Positions 1 to 8,516 of a stretch of DNA of 64,000 bases are shown here, piece after piece. Location: positions 32,001-96,000 of IMG/VR virus record IMGVR_UViG_3300032213_002832; one strand, given 5' to 3'. The DNA comes from a virus. Under the pieces are notes generated by a model that was not told where the DNA came from, made no database searches, and saw only the letters and a program-made list of their open reading frames with translations. Within the stretch, counting starts at the first letter, position 1, and the number at the start of each line of letters is the position of its first letter. A program made the position numbers and the translations under genes.

Positions 1-26
1 TATACCGAAACACAAATGGACACGAT

Positions 27-1400
27 GTGGATATTGAAATTAAAAATAATGAGATAATAATAAAAAATTATACTCTAGATTTTTCTAGTAAGTTAAATGA
101 GCTATTATCTTATAAAGATAAGTCAAAAGAGTACCAGATTAGAAAAATGAGTAAGAACCCGTTTTCGCGTGGCTCTGATCACTATAAGAAACTACTAGAA
201 AGTCAAGAAGGTACCTTAGTTAATGAGCAAAGCGGTGTCATAACTATACCATCTGGTTTTTCATATCTGTTTAAAGATGAAAAATATATTGACAATAGAA
301 AAGATACCGGTAAATCGGTTGTATTTCCATGGAAGTTAAAACCTCATGATATGAGGGATTATCAACTTGAAGCTGTAAATCTAATGTCCAATAACTATCG
401 TGGACTTATTAACTTTGCTACTGGCTTAGGCAAAACACTAACGGCTGTATATGCTGTACGAGCAATTGGTAGGCGAGCACTAATATTATGTCCAAGTAAA
501 GCTATTGCTGATAATTTCCATAGTGAACTATGCTCTGCGTTTGGTGACCATTGCGTCGGGTACTTTGGTGGTGGTAAGAAACAAGTTAAAGATATAACAG
601 TTGGAATCGTTCAATCTGTTGTCAATTCAATTGATACATTTACAAAACATGATCTTGGATTGGTTATATTTGACGAAGTTCATCACTTAGCTGCTGATAC
701 TTTCTTCTCTATTGCTTCTGGACTAATTGGGGTAGGTAGAATGTTTGGTCTCACTGCGACTGACTTTAGATCAGATGGTAAAGATATTATGATTCAGGGC
801 GGAGTCGGTGAAGTCTTAATCAAAAGAGATATTGTATGGGGCATATCAAACAATTGGCTCGCATATCCTAATATTGTAATTAGAGATGTAAAAACAACTG
901 GCCGCGACTATCCTGATGATAAGTTAAAGAACTATAAAGCACATGTACTCAACTCTAGTGAAATGAATAATAGAATTATTCAAGATATTCAGAAATGTTT
1001 AGCAGCTAATAAGTCAGTATTATGTTTAGTAGACCAAAAAGAACATGGTAGAGTTTTAGCAGATGCCCTAGGATTGCCCTTGGCAACAGGGGATGACAAG
1101 AATTCTAAGGTATATATTCAGCAACTGAATGATGGAAGTGTCCCAGGATTGATCGGAACCAGCTCCCTTATTGGTGAGGGATGTGATACTAAGAATGTTG
1201 ATGTATTGGTGTTAGCTAATTTTGTTGCTAACAAAGGGTCACTATGGCAGAATCTTGGGCGTGGATTGAGAAGGCAAGGTATTAAAACACAAGTTTTAGT
1301 ATTAGATTACAAACCAACTGGCTCTAAAATGCTAACACGCCATGCTAATCAGCGCCTAAAACTGTATAAGGCTATTACAAATAATATTAAGGAGGTTTAA
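27..1400 (+). CDS. SF2 DEAD/H-box helicase (UvsW/ResIII-like)
   Basis: Q-motif MRDYQ, Walker A ATGLGKT, Walker B DEVH, motif III TAT, motif VI QNLGRGLR. Confidence 0.9.
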   Translation: MDIEIKNNEIIIKNYTLDFSSKLNELLSYKDKSKEYQIRKMSKNPFSRGSDHYKKLLESQEGTLVNEQSGVITIPSGFSYLFKDEKYIDNRKDTGKSVVFPWKLKPHDMRDYQLEAVNLMSNNYRGLINFATGLGKTLTAVYAVRAIGRRALILCPSKAIADNFHSELCSAFGDHCVGYFGGGKKQVKDITVGIVQSVVNSIDTFTKHDLGLVIFDEVHHLAADTFFSIASGLIGVGRMFGLTATDFRSDGKDIMIQGGVGEVLIKRDIVWGISNNWLAYPNIVIRDVKTTGRDYPDDKLKNYKAHVLNSSEMNNRIIQDIQKCLAANKSVLCLVDQKEHGRVLADALGLPLATGDDKNSKVYIQQLNDGSVPGLIGTSSLIGEGCDTKNVDVLVLANFVANKGSLWQNLGRGLRRQGIKTQVLVLDYKPTGSKMLTRHANQRLKLYKAITNNIKEV

Positions 1401-1690
1401 TGTTCAACATAGATAGAGAAGAGTTAAAGAATAAAATAAACGACAGTATCAATAGTCATTACGCACAAAATATCACTGAGCATATCTATATATCTGGTAG
1501 CGGCTCTAACAGTCATGAATTGGCTGATGGTTTTAATAATATTATTAGAGGTTTAGACGCACGCATCCAAAATCAGATAAAGCAAGCTTTTGAAATACAT
1601 ACAAAAACAATGCTAAGAGATGTTATGTCTGATCTAATAGATAGTTTATATACTGCTGATGACTTTGAAAAAGATCTAGAGCTAAAGTAG
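1400..1690 (+). CDS. hypothetical protein
   Basis: 96-aa ORF, GGAGG RBS, TAATG overlap with helicase stop. Confidence 0.7.
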   Translation: MFNIDREELKNKINDSINSHYAQNITEHIYISGSGSNSHELADGFNNIIRGLDARIQNQIKQAFEIHTKTMLRDVMSDLIDSLYTADDFEKDLELK

Positions 1691-1718
1691 GTTATAATAG
1701 CTTTAGGAGAGCTATTAT

Positions 1719-2258
1719 ATGAAAATAAACAATGCCGGACTTGAATTAATCAAAGATTTTGAAGGCCTATCACTAGTACCATATCCAGATCCTGGAACTA
1801 AAGCTGCCCCATATACCATAGGTATTGGTGCTACTTTTTATCAAGATGGTCGAAAAGTCACTATGGCAGATGCTCCTATTACTGAAGCTCAAGCTATTGC
1901 CCTCCTACAATTCCACCTCACTAAATTTGAACAATCTATAACACAACTTGTTAAAGTACCACTATCTTCTAATCAATTCTCCGCCCTTGTATCTTTTGCT
2001 TATAATTGCGGAACTGGCAATCTTCAAAGTAGTACTCTACTTAAAAAGCTTAACGCATCAGATTATGCTGGAGCAGCTGACGAATTCCTTAAGTGGGACA
2101 AAGCCAATAAGATAGTTATGGCAGGTCTTACTCGTAGACGCAAAGCTGAAAGAGAGCTTTTCTTAAAGTCAGAAACAGCTAAAAACAGCTTATTGCCAGA
2201 TGGTCCAAGCGAGCAAGAAATGAATGAGATTTTAAAGAATCTAGAGAATGGTATCTAA
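1719..2258 (+). CDS. GH24 phage lysozyme (endolysin)
   Basis: IKDFEG..PYPD..YTIGIG catalytic region, NQFSALVSFAYNCG, AADEFLKW, GLTRRRKAERELF; short acidic C-terminal extension. Confidence 0.95.
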   Translation: MKINNAGLELIKDFEGLSLVPYPDPGTKAAPYTIGIGATFYQDGRKVTMADAPITEAQAIALLQFHLTKFEQSITQLVKVPLSSNQFSALVSFAYNCGTGNLQSSTLLKKLNASDYAGAADEFLKWDKANKIVMAGLTRRRKAERELFLKSETAKNSLLPDGPSEQEMNEILKNLENGI

Positions 2259-2724
2259 CAAAAACTACATAGACAGTTCATCTACAACTGTTGTTTATAA
2301 AGGTTGGCTATCAATCTCTCGTCCTGAAAGAAATAAAGACACTACCGTTATCTTATCTAAAAACAAATTCTTCTACCGCCCTAAGAATCATGTATTAACA
2401 GAGTCTATTTACTTTGATGTATATGAGTATGGTCGTTATGTTAATGTGAGGTTGTGGGCCAATAAGAAACAGAAAAATATAGGTATATGCCTTAATGATT
2501 CGTGGATGGGTAGGCTTAATGTTAAATATCAAGAAATAAGTAATATAAATCAATACCTATATTCACGACAGTTTCTAGATATCAATGAATTCAACCTATT
2601 AGACCATTTAACCAAATTTAATGGTCAATATTGTGTTATAGAGATCACTTATAATAAAAGTGAGTTTGACATGATATCTCATGAAGCTGAACTTATTCTA
2701 CTAACAAATGAGATTACAGAGTAG
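2248..2724 (+). CDS. hypothetical protein
   Basis: 158-aa ORF overlapping the lysozyme stop. Confidence 0.6.
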   Translation: MVSNKNYIDSSSTTVVYKGWLSISRPERNKDTTVILSKNKFFYRPKNHVLTESIYFDVYEYGRYVNVRLWANKKQKNIGICLNDSWMGRLNVKYQEISNINQYLYSRQFLDINEFNLLDHLTKFNGQYCVIEITYNKSEFDMISHEAELILLTNEITE

Positions 2725-2733
2725 AATAGTCAC

Positions 2734-3420
2734 ATGAGTGATATTGACATACTAAAACTATATATGAAACAAGCCTGTAAGACACCACTACTTACTTATG
2801 CCCAAGAAGTTCAATTGGCTAAGGAGATAGTGGAGGGTAATATGAGGTCGCGTGAAAAGCTTATACACGCTAATCTACGCCTAGTGATCTCTATAGCCAA
2901 AGCTTATAGTAATCGTGGAATGGCTCTTGAGGATTTGATTCAAGAGGGTAATTTGGGTTTGATTAAAGCCATAGAGAAATTCGAATATCAGCGTGGTTAT
3001 AAGTTTTCGACTTATGCTACTTGGTGGATTCGCCAAGCAGTGACAAGATCTATCGCCGACAAAAATAGATTGATTAGATTACCTGTACACATGGTTGAGA
3101 CCTACAATAAAGTATCTAAAGTAGTTAGCTTATTCGTAACTGAGTTTGGTAGAAGTCCAACTCATAAAGAAATAGCTGAGAAGTCTGGGCTTTCGGTCGA
3201 AAAAGTTAACGATGTAATCAATTACGGTGCCCCTCTCGCAAGTATTGATGATATTTTGATGGAAGATTCTGACGTAAGATTTAGTGATATATTATCTGAC
3301 AATAACTCACCTATATCCTCCTTTATGGAAGACTCTATGAATACTGTTGTCTTTTCATCTCTAAAAGAATTATCTAGCCGTGAAGAAAAAATATTAAGAT
3401 TAAGGTTTGGTATAAAATAA
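2734..3420 (+). CDS. RpoD/RpoS-type sigma-70 factor, C-terminally truncated (no region 4.2 HTH)
   Basis: region 1.2 LKLYMKQ..PLLT, region 2 [42 protein letters not shown], region 3 IRLPVHM; ends at [16 protein letters not shown]. Confidence 0.92.
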   Translation: MSDIDILKLYMKQACKTPLLTYAQEVQLAKEIVEGNMRSREKLIHANLRLVISIAKAYSNRGMALEDLIQEGNLGLIKAIEKFEYQRGYKFSTYATWWIRQAVTRSIADKNRLIRLPVHMVETYNKVSKVVSLFVTEFGRSPTHKEIAEKSGLSVEKVNDVINYGAPLASIDDILMEDSDVRFSDILSDNNSPISSFMEDSMNTVVFSSLKELSSREEKILRLRFGIK

Positions 3421-3443
3421 ACAATATTAATTTCATTGGGTTA

Positions 3444-3671
3444 GTGATGAAAACTTTAATTTTATTGGGCGAAAATAGAACATATTTAGGTTATAAAATC
3501 TTCTCTACTGAAGAGAAACTTGATTTATTCATAGATAAAATCCATCCACTAATGATGGCCAACATTCTTGGCGAACTTCCATTAAAACAGAGACTTGAGA
3601 TAGTTAAAGATGACTATTTCCCCTATGCAGGGTTAGTATTTGATTTCGAAGTTATAGAATTACCTTCCTGA
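3444..3671 (+). CDS. hypothetical protein
   Basis: 75-aa ORF in gene order. Confidence 0.5.
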   Translation: MMKTLILLGENRTYLGYKIFSTEEKLDLFIDKIHPLMMANILGELPLKQRLEIVKDDYFPYAGLVFDFEVIELPS

Positions 3672-3701
3672 AAAATTCACAAAAACCTCTCTATACCTTA
3701 C

Positions 3702-3820
3702 ATAAATGCACTTTAGTGCATTTATAACATTACACACGCATGCGTGTGTAAGAAGAGTAGTGTAACTTAGTGTGAGAAATCTAGAAGAGTAGTCTAGTAT
3801 AGTATAGAATAGTATTGTAG
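3702..3820. repeat. palindrome and direct-repeat cluster (candidate replication origin or operator)
   Basis: ATAAATGCACT-TT-AGTGCATTTAT (3702-3725); perfect 22-bp palindrome TTACACACGCATGCGTGTGTAA (3730-3751); AGAAGAGTAGT twice (3751, 3783); TAGTA/TAGAA pentamer run. Confidence 0.75.
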
Positions 3821-3923
3821 GTTGTTGTTAGATTCATTGTACCCGCGACGAAGCACTTTTTTAGTAAAAAATAAAAATAAATATTTTATGTATAATGCAC
3901 TCATTAATGTTATGGAGATTTTA

Positions 3924-4433
3924 ATGGCTAAAAAAGATTATAAAATTGAAGTTGAATTACTAGAAGGCGGTAAGTTACCAACTAAAGCAAACTCTACTGA
4001 CGCAGGGTTCGACGTATTTGCCACAGAAGACTTGATAATTTTTCCAGGTCAAGTTATTAAAACACCGCTTAATATTCGTATGAAGCTTCCAGCTGGATCT
4101 TGGGCTCGCATTGAAACAAAGAGCGGGCTAGGTTCTAAAGGCATGCTAGTATATGCTGGAGTTGTGGATGAAGGATACCGTGGTATTCCACATGTGATCG
4201 CAACCAACTTAAACTGGAACTTAGAGTGGGCACTTCAGACAAATGGTGGATTTACACCAATAGAGGGAACTGGTGCTAAAGCAATATTACCAATAATTAT
4301 TAAAAAAGGTGAAAAGCTTGCGCAGATCACTATGAATGAGCATTCTAACAAATACTTTATGGTACAAGTTGATAAAGTTGATACAGATACAGCTAGAGCA
4401 ACTGGAGGATTTGGGTCCACTGGTAAAACATAG
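3924..4433 (+). CDS. dut: trimeric dUTPase
   Basis: motifs DAGFDV, KSGL, GVVDEGYRG, KLAQ, RATGGFGSTG; start moved to ATG 3924 behind GGAG RBS. Confidence 0.93.
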   Translation: MAKKDYKIEVELLEGGKLPTKANSTDAGFDVFATEDLIIFPGQVIKTPLNIRMKLPAGSWARIETKSGLGSKGMLVYAGVVDEGYRGIPHVIATNLNWNLEWALQTNGGFTPIEGTGAKAILPIIIKKGEKLAQITMNEHSNKYFMVQVDKVDTDTARATGGFGSTGKT

Positions 4434-4474
4434 GTAAGTGTAGTATAATGCTCACATGTATCCAGGAGGAATGT

Positions 4475-5167
4475 GTGGGCAATAATTTAGATAAGCTTTT
4501 TACTTCAAATATACGAATCTCAAATCTTAATCCCTTCCATTCAGACGCTGTCTGGCCTGCCGGAATCGAAATATGTATCACTCGAGTACCAATACGTAAA
4601 CGAGATGGTTATGATGATGCGATGATTCAAGAATTAGCTTTAAAATTAAAAAATAATATGGTTAAAAATGGAATAGTATTTCTAATATGCTATGCGCCAG
4701 TTGAAGCTAAATTTAGACCTTTTCAGGTTGCTAAGTTTATGACTGATGCTGGTTTTAATCATATTGATAATATTGTAATTCAAAAAACCTGGTATCCAGG
4801 TAAACGATCGGAAATTAACTTAGTCAACTCTCACGAATACGTTATGTACTTTTGTAACGGTGATGTATGGAGTCTAGACCGACTCCCAATCAGACAGTAC
4901 TTAGGTACTGATCCCGAAATATCATGTCCTGGAAACACGTGGAAGGTCCAAACAGGTTCACTCGATGAATCAATACCTCCAGATTTAGCCGAATTATTGC
5001 TTCGCATGACTGACTCACTTCCAGGATCTATAGTTTTTGACCCATTTTTAGGAACAAGTTCCACTCTCCTAGCTTCTCTTAAACTTGGCCATTCTTTCTT
5101 TGGATTTGAATCAGATCCAAAAAGAATAAAAAAATATGAAAAAATAGTAGAGGAGTTTAATAAATGA
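4475..5167 (+). CDS. beta-class N4C/N6A DNA methyltransferase homologue with degenerate catalytic motif IV
   Basis: NSHEYVMYF, IVFDPFLGTSSTL (motif I), FFGFE; expected DPPY position reads TRVPI; probable GTG start after GGAGGA. Confidence 0.75.
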   Translation: MGNNLDKLFTSNIRISNLNPFHSDAVWPAGIEICITRVPIRKRDGYDDAMIQELALKLKNNMVKNGIVFLICYAPVEAKFRPFQVAKFMTDAGFNHIDNIVIQKTWYPGKRSEINLVNSHEYVMYFCNGDVWSLDRLPIRQYLGTDPEISCPGNTWKVQTGSLDESIPPDLAELLLRMTDSLPGSIVFDPFLGTSSTLLASLKLGHSFFGFESDPKRIKKYEKIVEEFNK

Positions 5168-5709
5168 TAAAAACATGTATTAAATGTGAAAATCAAATTG
5201 GCAATAAAAATAGTAGTGGCAAGTGTAGAAAGTGTTATAAAACAGACTACGAGAAAAAATACTGTATAAACAGGTATAAAACTGACAATTCTTTCGCACA
5301 AAAACAAATTATTCGTGCTCTTAATTATTACGAAGATAATAAAAAAAGTGTTCTTGAATATAGGGCTAAGTATCGTTTTGTAAGAGAAAAAACAGATATT
5401 TCTTTTAAATTAGCTAATTCTTTACGAACCAGATTAACTCATGCGGTTAGAAATAACCAAAAAGTTGGTTCAGCTGTAAAAGATTTGGGTTGTTCTGTAG
5501 ATGAACTTAAATCATATTTGTCTTCTAAATTTACAGATAATATGACTTGGGAAAACTATGGCAAATGGCATATTGACCACATAAAGCCACTAAGTAGTTT
5601 TGATCTGGCAAATAGAGATGAATTGTTAAAAGCTTGTCACTATACTAACTTACAACCTCTTTGGGCTGAAGATAACTTAAAAAAGGGAGCAAAAGATGTC
5701 ATTTCATAA
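5164..5709 (+). CDS. HNH-family (homing) endonuclease with N-terminal Zn finger
   Basis: CxxC..CxxC, MTWENYGKWHIDHIKP..CHYTNLQPLWAEDNLKKG. Confidence 0.85.
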   Translation: MIKTCIKCENQIGNKNSSGKCRKCYKTDYEKKYCINRYKTDNSFAQKQIIRALNYYEDNKKSVLEYRAKYRFVREKTDISFKLANSLRTRLTHAVRNNQKVGSAVKDLGCSVDELKSYLSSKFTDNMTWENYGKWHIDHIKPLSSFDLANRDELLKACHYTNLQPLWAEDNLKKGAKDVIS

Positions 5710-7411
5710 AACAAAAAGTAAACAAATAATTGCGGATAAGACTCAAATACGTGATCTTGTTCATAAGACTATGGGTGACATGGCAGCAATCATTGGCTCT
5801 ACACTAGGACCCGGTGGTTCTCCTGTACTAATTGAGCGAGATGGTTTGTCACCTCTTGTAAGTAAAGATGGAGTCACTGTAGCTAAAAATATTGGAGTTA
5901 CAGATGCTGCGGCCAACACTATCATCGAGGCTGCTAAAGAGATATGTTTAAATACAGCTAAAGAAGCGGGTGACGGAACAACTACGGCTATCGTACTAGC
6001 TGATGCTCTAGTTAGAGAAGGACAAAAGTTTCTATCTACAAGACCTAAATATAATCCGCAACGAATGATTAATGAACTTAATGAAGCATACTCAAAAATC
6101 GTATTGCCATACTTAGAAAAAGTAGCCACAAAAGTTGATAAAGAAGAACAATTAAAATTTGTAGCCACAATCTCTGCTAACGGCGATAAAAACATTGCTG
6201 AAGTTGTAGTTAAGGCAGTAATGGATGCGGGAGATGATGGTACTGTTCTTATTAACGAAAGCCAAGGTGGTAAAACCTACGTTGAAATAAGTGAAGGCTA
6301 TATTGTAACTACTGGTCTAAAAGACCTAGGCCAAATCGGTCCTGCTTTTATTAACGATAAGGCAAATCAACAAGTAAAAATGGATCAAGGTGTTGTTGTT
6401 CTATATGATGGAACAATGAATGATCTTAAGGTTCCAGGACTAATTCAAGCGGCGGTTGCTGATGAAGGTGGCTTTTCAGATGGAACACCTATCATTGTGT
6501 TTGCTCATGGTTTTGCGGATAGCGTTCTAGATAAATTCGCTAAAACAACCAAAGGCGGGCTAACAGTAGTACCAATCAAAACCCCAAGATCAGGACTACC
6601 TAATGGAGCCTCTATGTTTCTAGAGGATATGTCCGTGTATACCGGCGCAAAAGTATATAACCCAAGCAATGTTGAAGAACTTAACGAAGATGGTTTAGGT
6701 GATTTCGAAAATGCTACAGTAAACCTATACGAATCGTTTATATCTGCCACTCCTGATCCAGATGCTGTTAACTCACGAGTACTAGAACTTAAAGCTATTT
6801 CAGATGCCGCAATGGGAGAATTAGATCGATCATTCTTAAGAGCAGCAATAGCTAAATTGACAGGTGGTGTATCTACCATTCACGTAGGTGGATCTTCTGA
6901 TCTTGAAATACGAGAGAAGAAAGCCCGTGTTGAAGATGCTGTAGAAGCTGTTCGCTCAGCTATAGCCGAAGGTATAGTAGCTGGTGGATGCGCATCACAC
7001 CTAACATTATCCCTTATCCTAAAAACTCACGAAGAAAGAACAGAAGCCTGGTCTATTCTTGCTGACGCACTATTTGCTCCATTTAAACTATTATTAAAGA
7101 ACTGTGGTGAGGATTTTGATGATGTTTGGTCTAAATATGGAGTTAATGTTCTAGTTGCTTCTAAGGGAAGCTATAAGTTACCAGAACAGGTGTTTGACGC
7201 CAATCTACATGAAATGGTAGATCCGTTAAAAACCGGAATCATCGAACCTGCTAAAGTTGTTAGAGTTAGTATTGGCAACGCGCTCTCTGTAGCTTCTCTT
7301 TTGACAACGTTAGGTGGAATTGTGGTTGTTCCGCGGGATATAAGTATGGAAGGCCAAGCTGAGTTAGCACAACAAGCTTTCAAATCTATGATGGAGACAG
7401 TAAATGATTGA
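5696..7411 (+). CDS. groEL: phage GroEL-like chaperonin (Cpn60)
   Basis: TLGPGG, SKDGVTVAK, AGDGTTTA, ATISAN, EKKARVEDAV, EGIVAGG, GIIEPAKV. Confidence 0.93.
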   Translation: MSFHKTKSKQIIADKTQIRDLVHKTMGDMAAIIGSTLGPGGSPVLIERDGLSPLVSKDGVTVAKNIGVTDAAANTIIEAAKEICLNTAKEAGDGTTTAIVLADALVREGQKFLSTRPKYNPQRMINELNEAYSKIVLPYLEKVATKVDKEEQLKFVATISANGDKNIAEVVVKAVMDAGDDGTVLINESQGGKTYVEISEGYIVTTGLKDLGQIGPAFINDKANQQVKMDQGVVVLYDGTMNDLKVPGLIQAAVADEGGFSDGTPIIVFAHGFADSVLDKFAKTTKGGLTVVPIKTPRSGLPNGASMFLEDMSVYTGAKVYNPSNVEELNEDGLGDFENATVNLYESFISATPDPDAVNSRVLELKAISDAAMGELDRSFLRAAIAKLTGGVSTIHVGGSSDLEIREKKARVEDAVEAVRSAIAEGIVAGGCASHLTLSLILKTHEERTEAWSILADALFAPFKLLLKNCGEDFDDVWSKYGVNVLVASKGSYKLPEQVFDANLHEMVDPLKTGIIEPAKVVRVSIGNALSVASLLTTLGGIVVVPRDISMEGQAELAQQAFKSMMETVND

Positions 7412-8153
7412 GAAATTAAAGACACTATGGCAGTATGATTGGTTTAAGATTACTTTTTCACTTCTAATTGGAGGTGTAATTGGTGTAGTTTTTTACCCAA
7501 CCAAAACCACTATTGAACGTGAAACGCTTAAGTTAAAAGAAACTTATGAGTTAAAGATTAGTGAGCTACAAAAAACTCATATAGAAGAAGTTGCTAAACT
7601 TAATGAAAAAGTCGTATCTGAAGAGACTACTCGTAAAACAATTGAATCAGAGACCTCTAAGAAACTAGAACTTCTTACTCAAGAGAATAGAAGTTTGAAA
7701 CAATCTAGTAAGAAACAAAAGTTTAAACTAGTTAAACCAGATGGGACAATTATCGAAAAAGAAATGGAGCAATCTAATTCTGAAGAAGTTTCAAGTGTAG
7801 TTACTTCTATTAAAGAAGAGTTTAATGAAAAAGTTAAATCCATTGAAGATAAATGGAAGAAGGTTCATCAAGAGCGTATCGTTGAACTCAAAAAGAAATT
7901 CGATCAAGATATTGAAAAAACAAAGAGTGAGCAAAAGGTAGTTGAAAAGATAGTGGAAAAAGAAAAGATCGTAGAAATTAACAAGAAGAAACTAAGACCA
8001 GAATTAGGTGTTAGTTATAATAAAGACAAAGTCACATTAGGTTATTTCCACCTATCTTATCCTATAAGTGGACCTATCTTTATCGGTGGTGGTGTAAGTG
8101 GCAATCAAACAAGAGTTGGTGAAATTCAACTAGGATTAGGATTAGAACTTTAA
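7404..8153 (+). CDS. membrane-anchored coiled-coil protein with C-terminal amphipathic beta-strands (spanin-like?)
   Basis: N-terminal TM ITFSLLIGGVIGVVF, long E/K-rich coiled coil, four alternating-hydrophobic strands ending QLGLGLEL. Confidence 0.5.
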   Translation: MIEKLKTLWQYDWFKITFSLLIGGVIGVVFYPTKTTIERETLKLKETYELKISELQKTHIEEVAKLNEKVVSEETTRKTIESETSKKLELLTQENRSLKQSSKKQKFKLVKPDGTIIEKEMEQSNSEEVSSVVTSIKEEFNEKVKSIEDKWKKVHQERIVELKKKFDQDIEKTKSEQKVVEKIVEKEKIVEINKKKLRPELGVSYNKDKVTLGYFHLSYPISGPIFIGGGVSGNQTRVGEIQLGLGLEL

Positions 8154-8154
8154 T

Positions 8155-8514
8155 ATGCCAAAGTATAGTTTTAAATGTGAAAAATGTAGTTTATTACACC
8201 AAATGTATGTACCTATTTTAGTTCAACATGTCGAGTGTAAGGCATGTGGTGGTACAATGCATAGGCAGATGCCAACTCTTAACGGTCCCGCAAATGTACG
8301 TGAGGTTGTAGATAAAAATACAGGTATAACCTGGGGTGATGATCAAAAACAAATGATTCAAGATAGAAAAGATGAGTATTATTGGACAGTAGAAGTACCA
8401 AGATTTGTTGCTTCTGGTACTTATAGTCTTGAAACTATGTTAGAGAATTCGTGGATTCAAGTTGATGATGCTGGAAAAATCCATGTAAATAATAAACCTC
8501 CAAATAAGAGATAA
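8155..8514 (+). CDS. FmdB-like zinc-ribbon protein
   Basis: MPKYSFKCEKC...CKACGG..MHRQ signature. Confidence 0.7.
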   Translation: MPKYSFKCEKCSLLHQMYVPILVQHVECKACGGTMHRQMPTLNGPANVREVVDKNTGITWGDDQKQMIQDRKDEYYWTVEVPRFVASGTYSLETMLENSWIQVDDAGKIHVNNKPPNKR

Positions 8515-8516
8515 AT

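Noticed and set aside
3822-3923. N-terminal extension of dUTPase from TTG 3822
   Set aside because: It runs through the AT-rich promoter region; the GGAG RBS supports ATG 3924.
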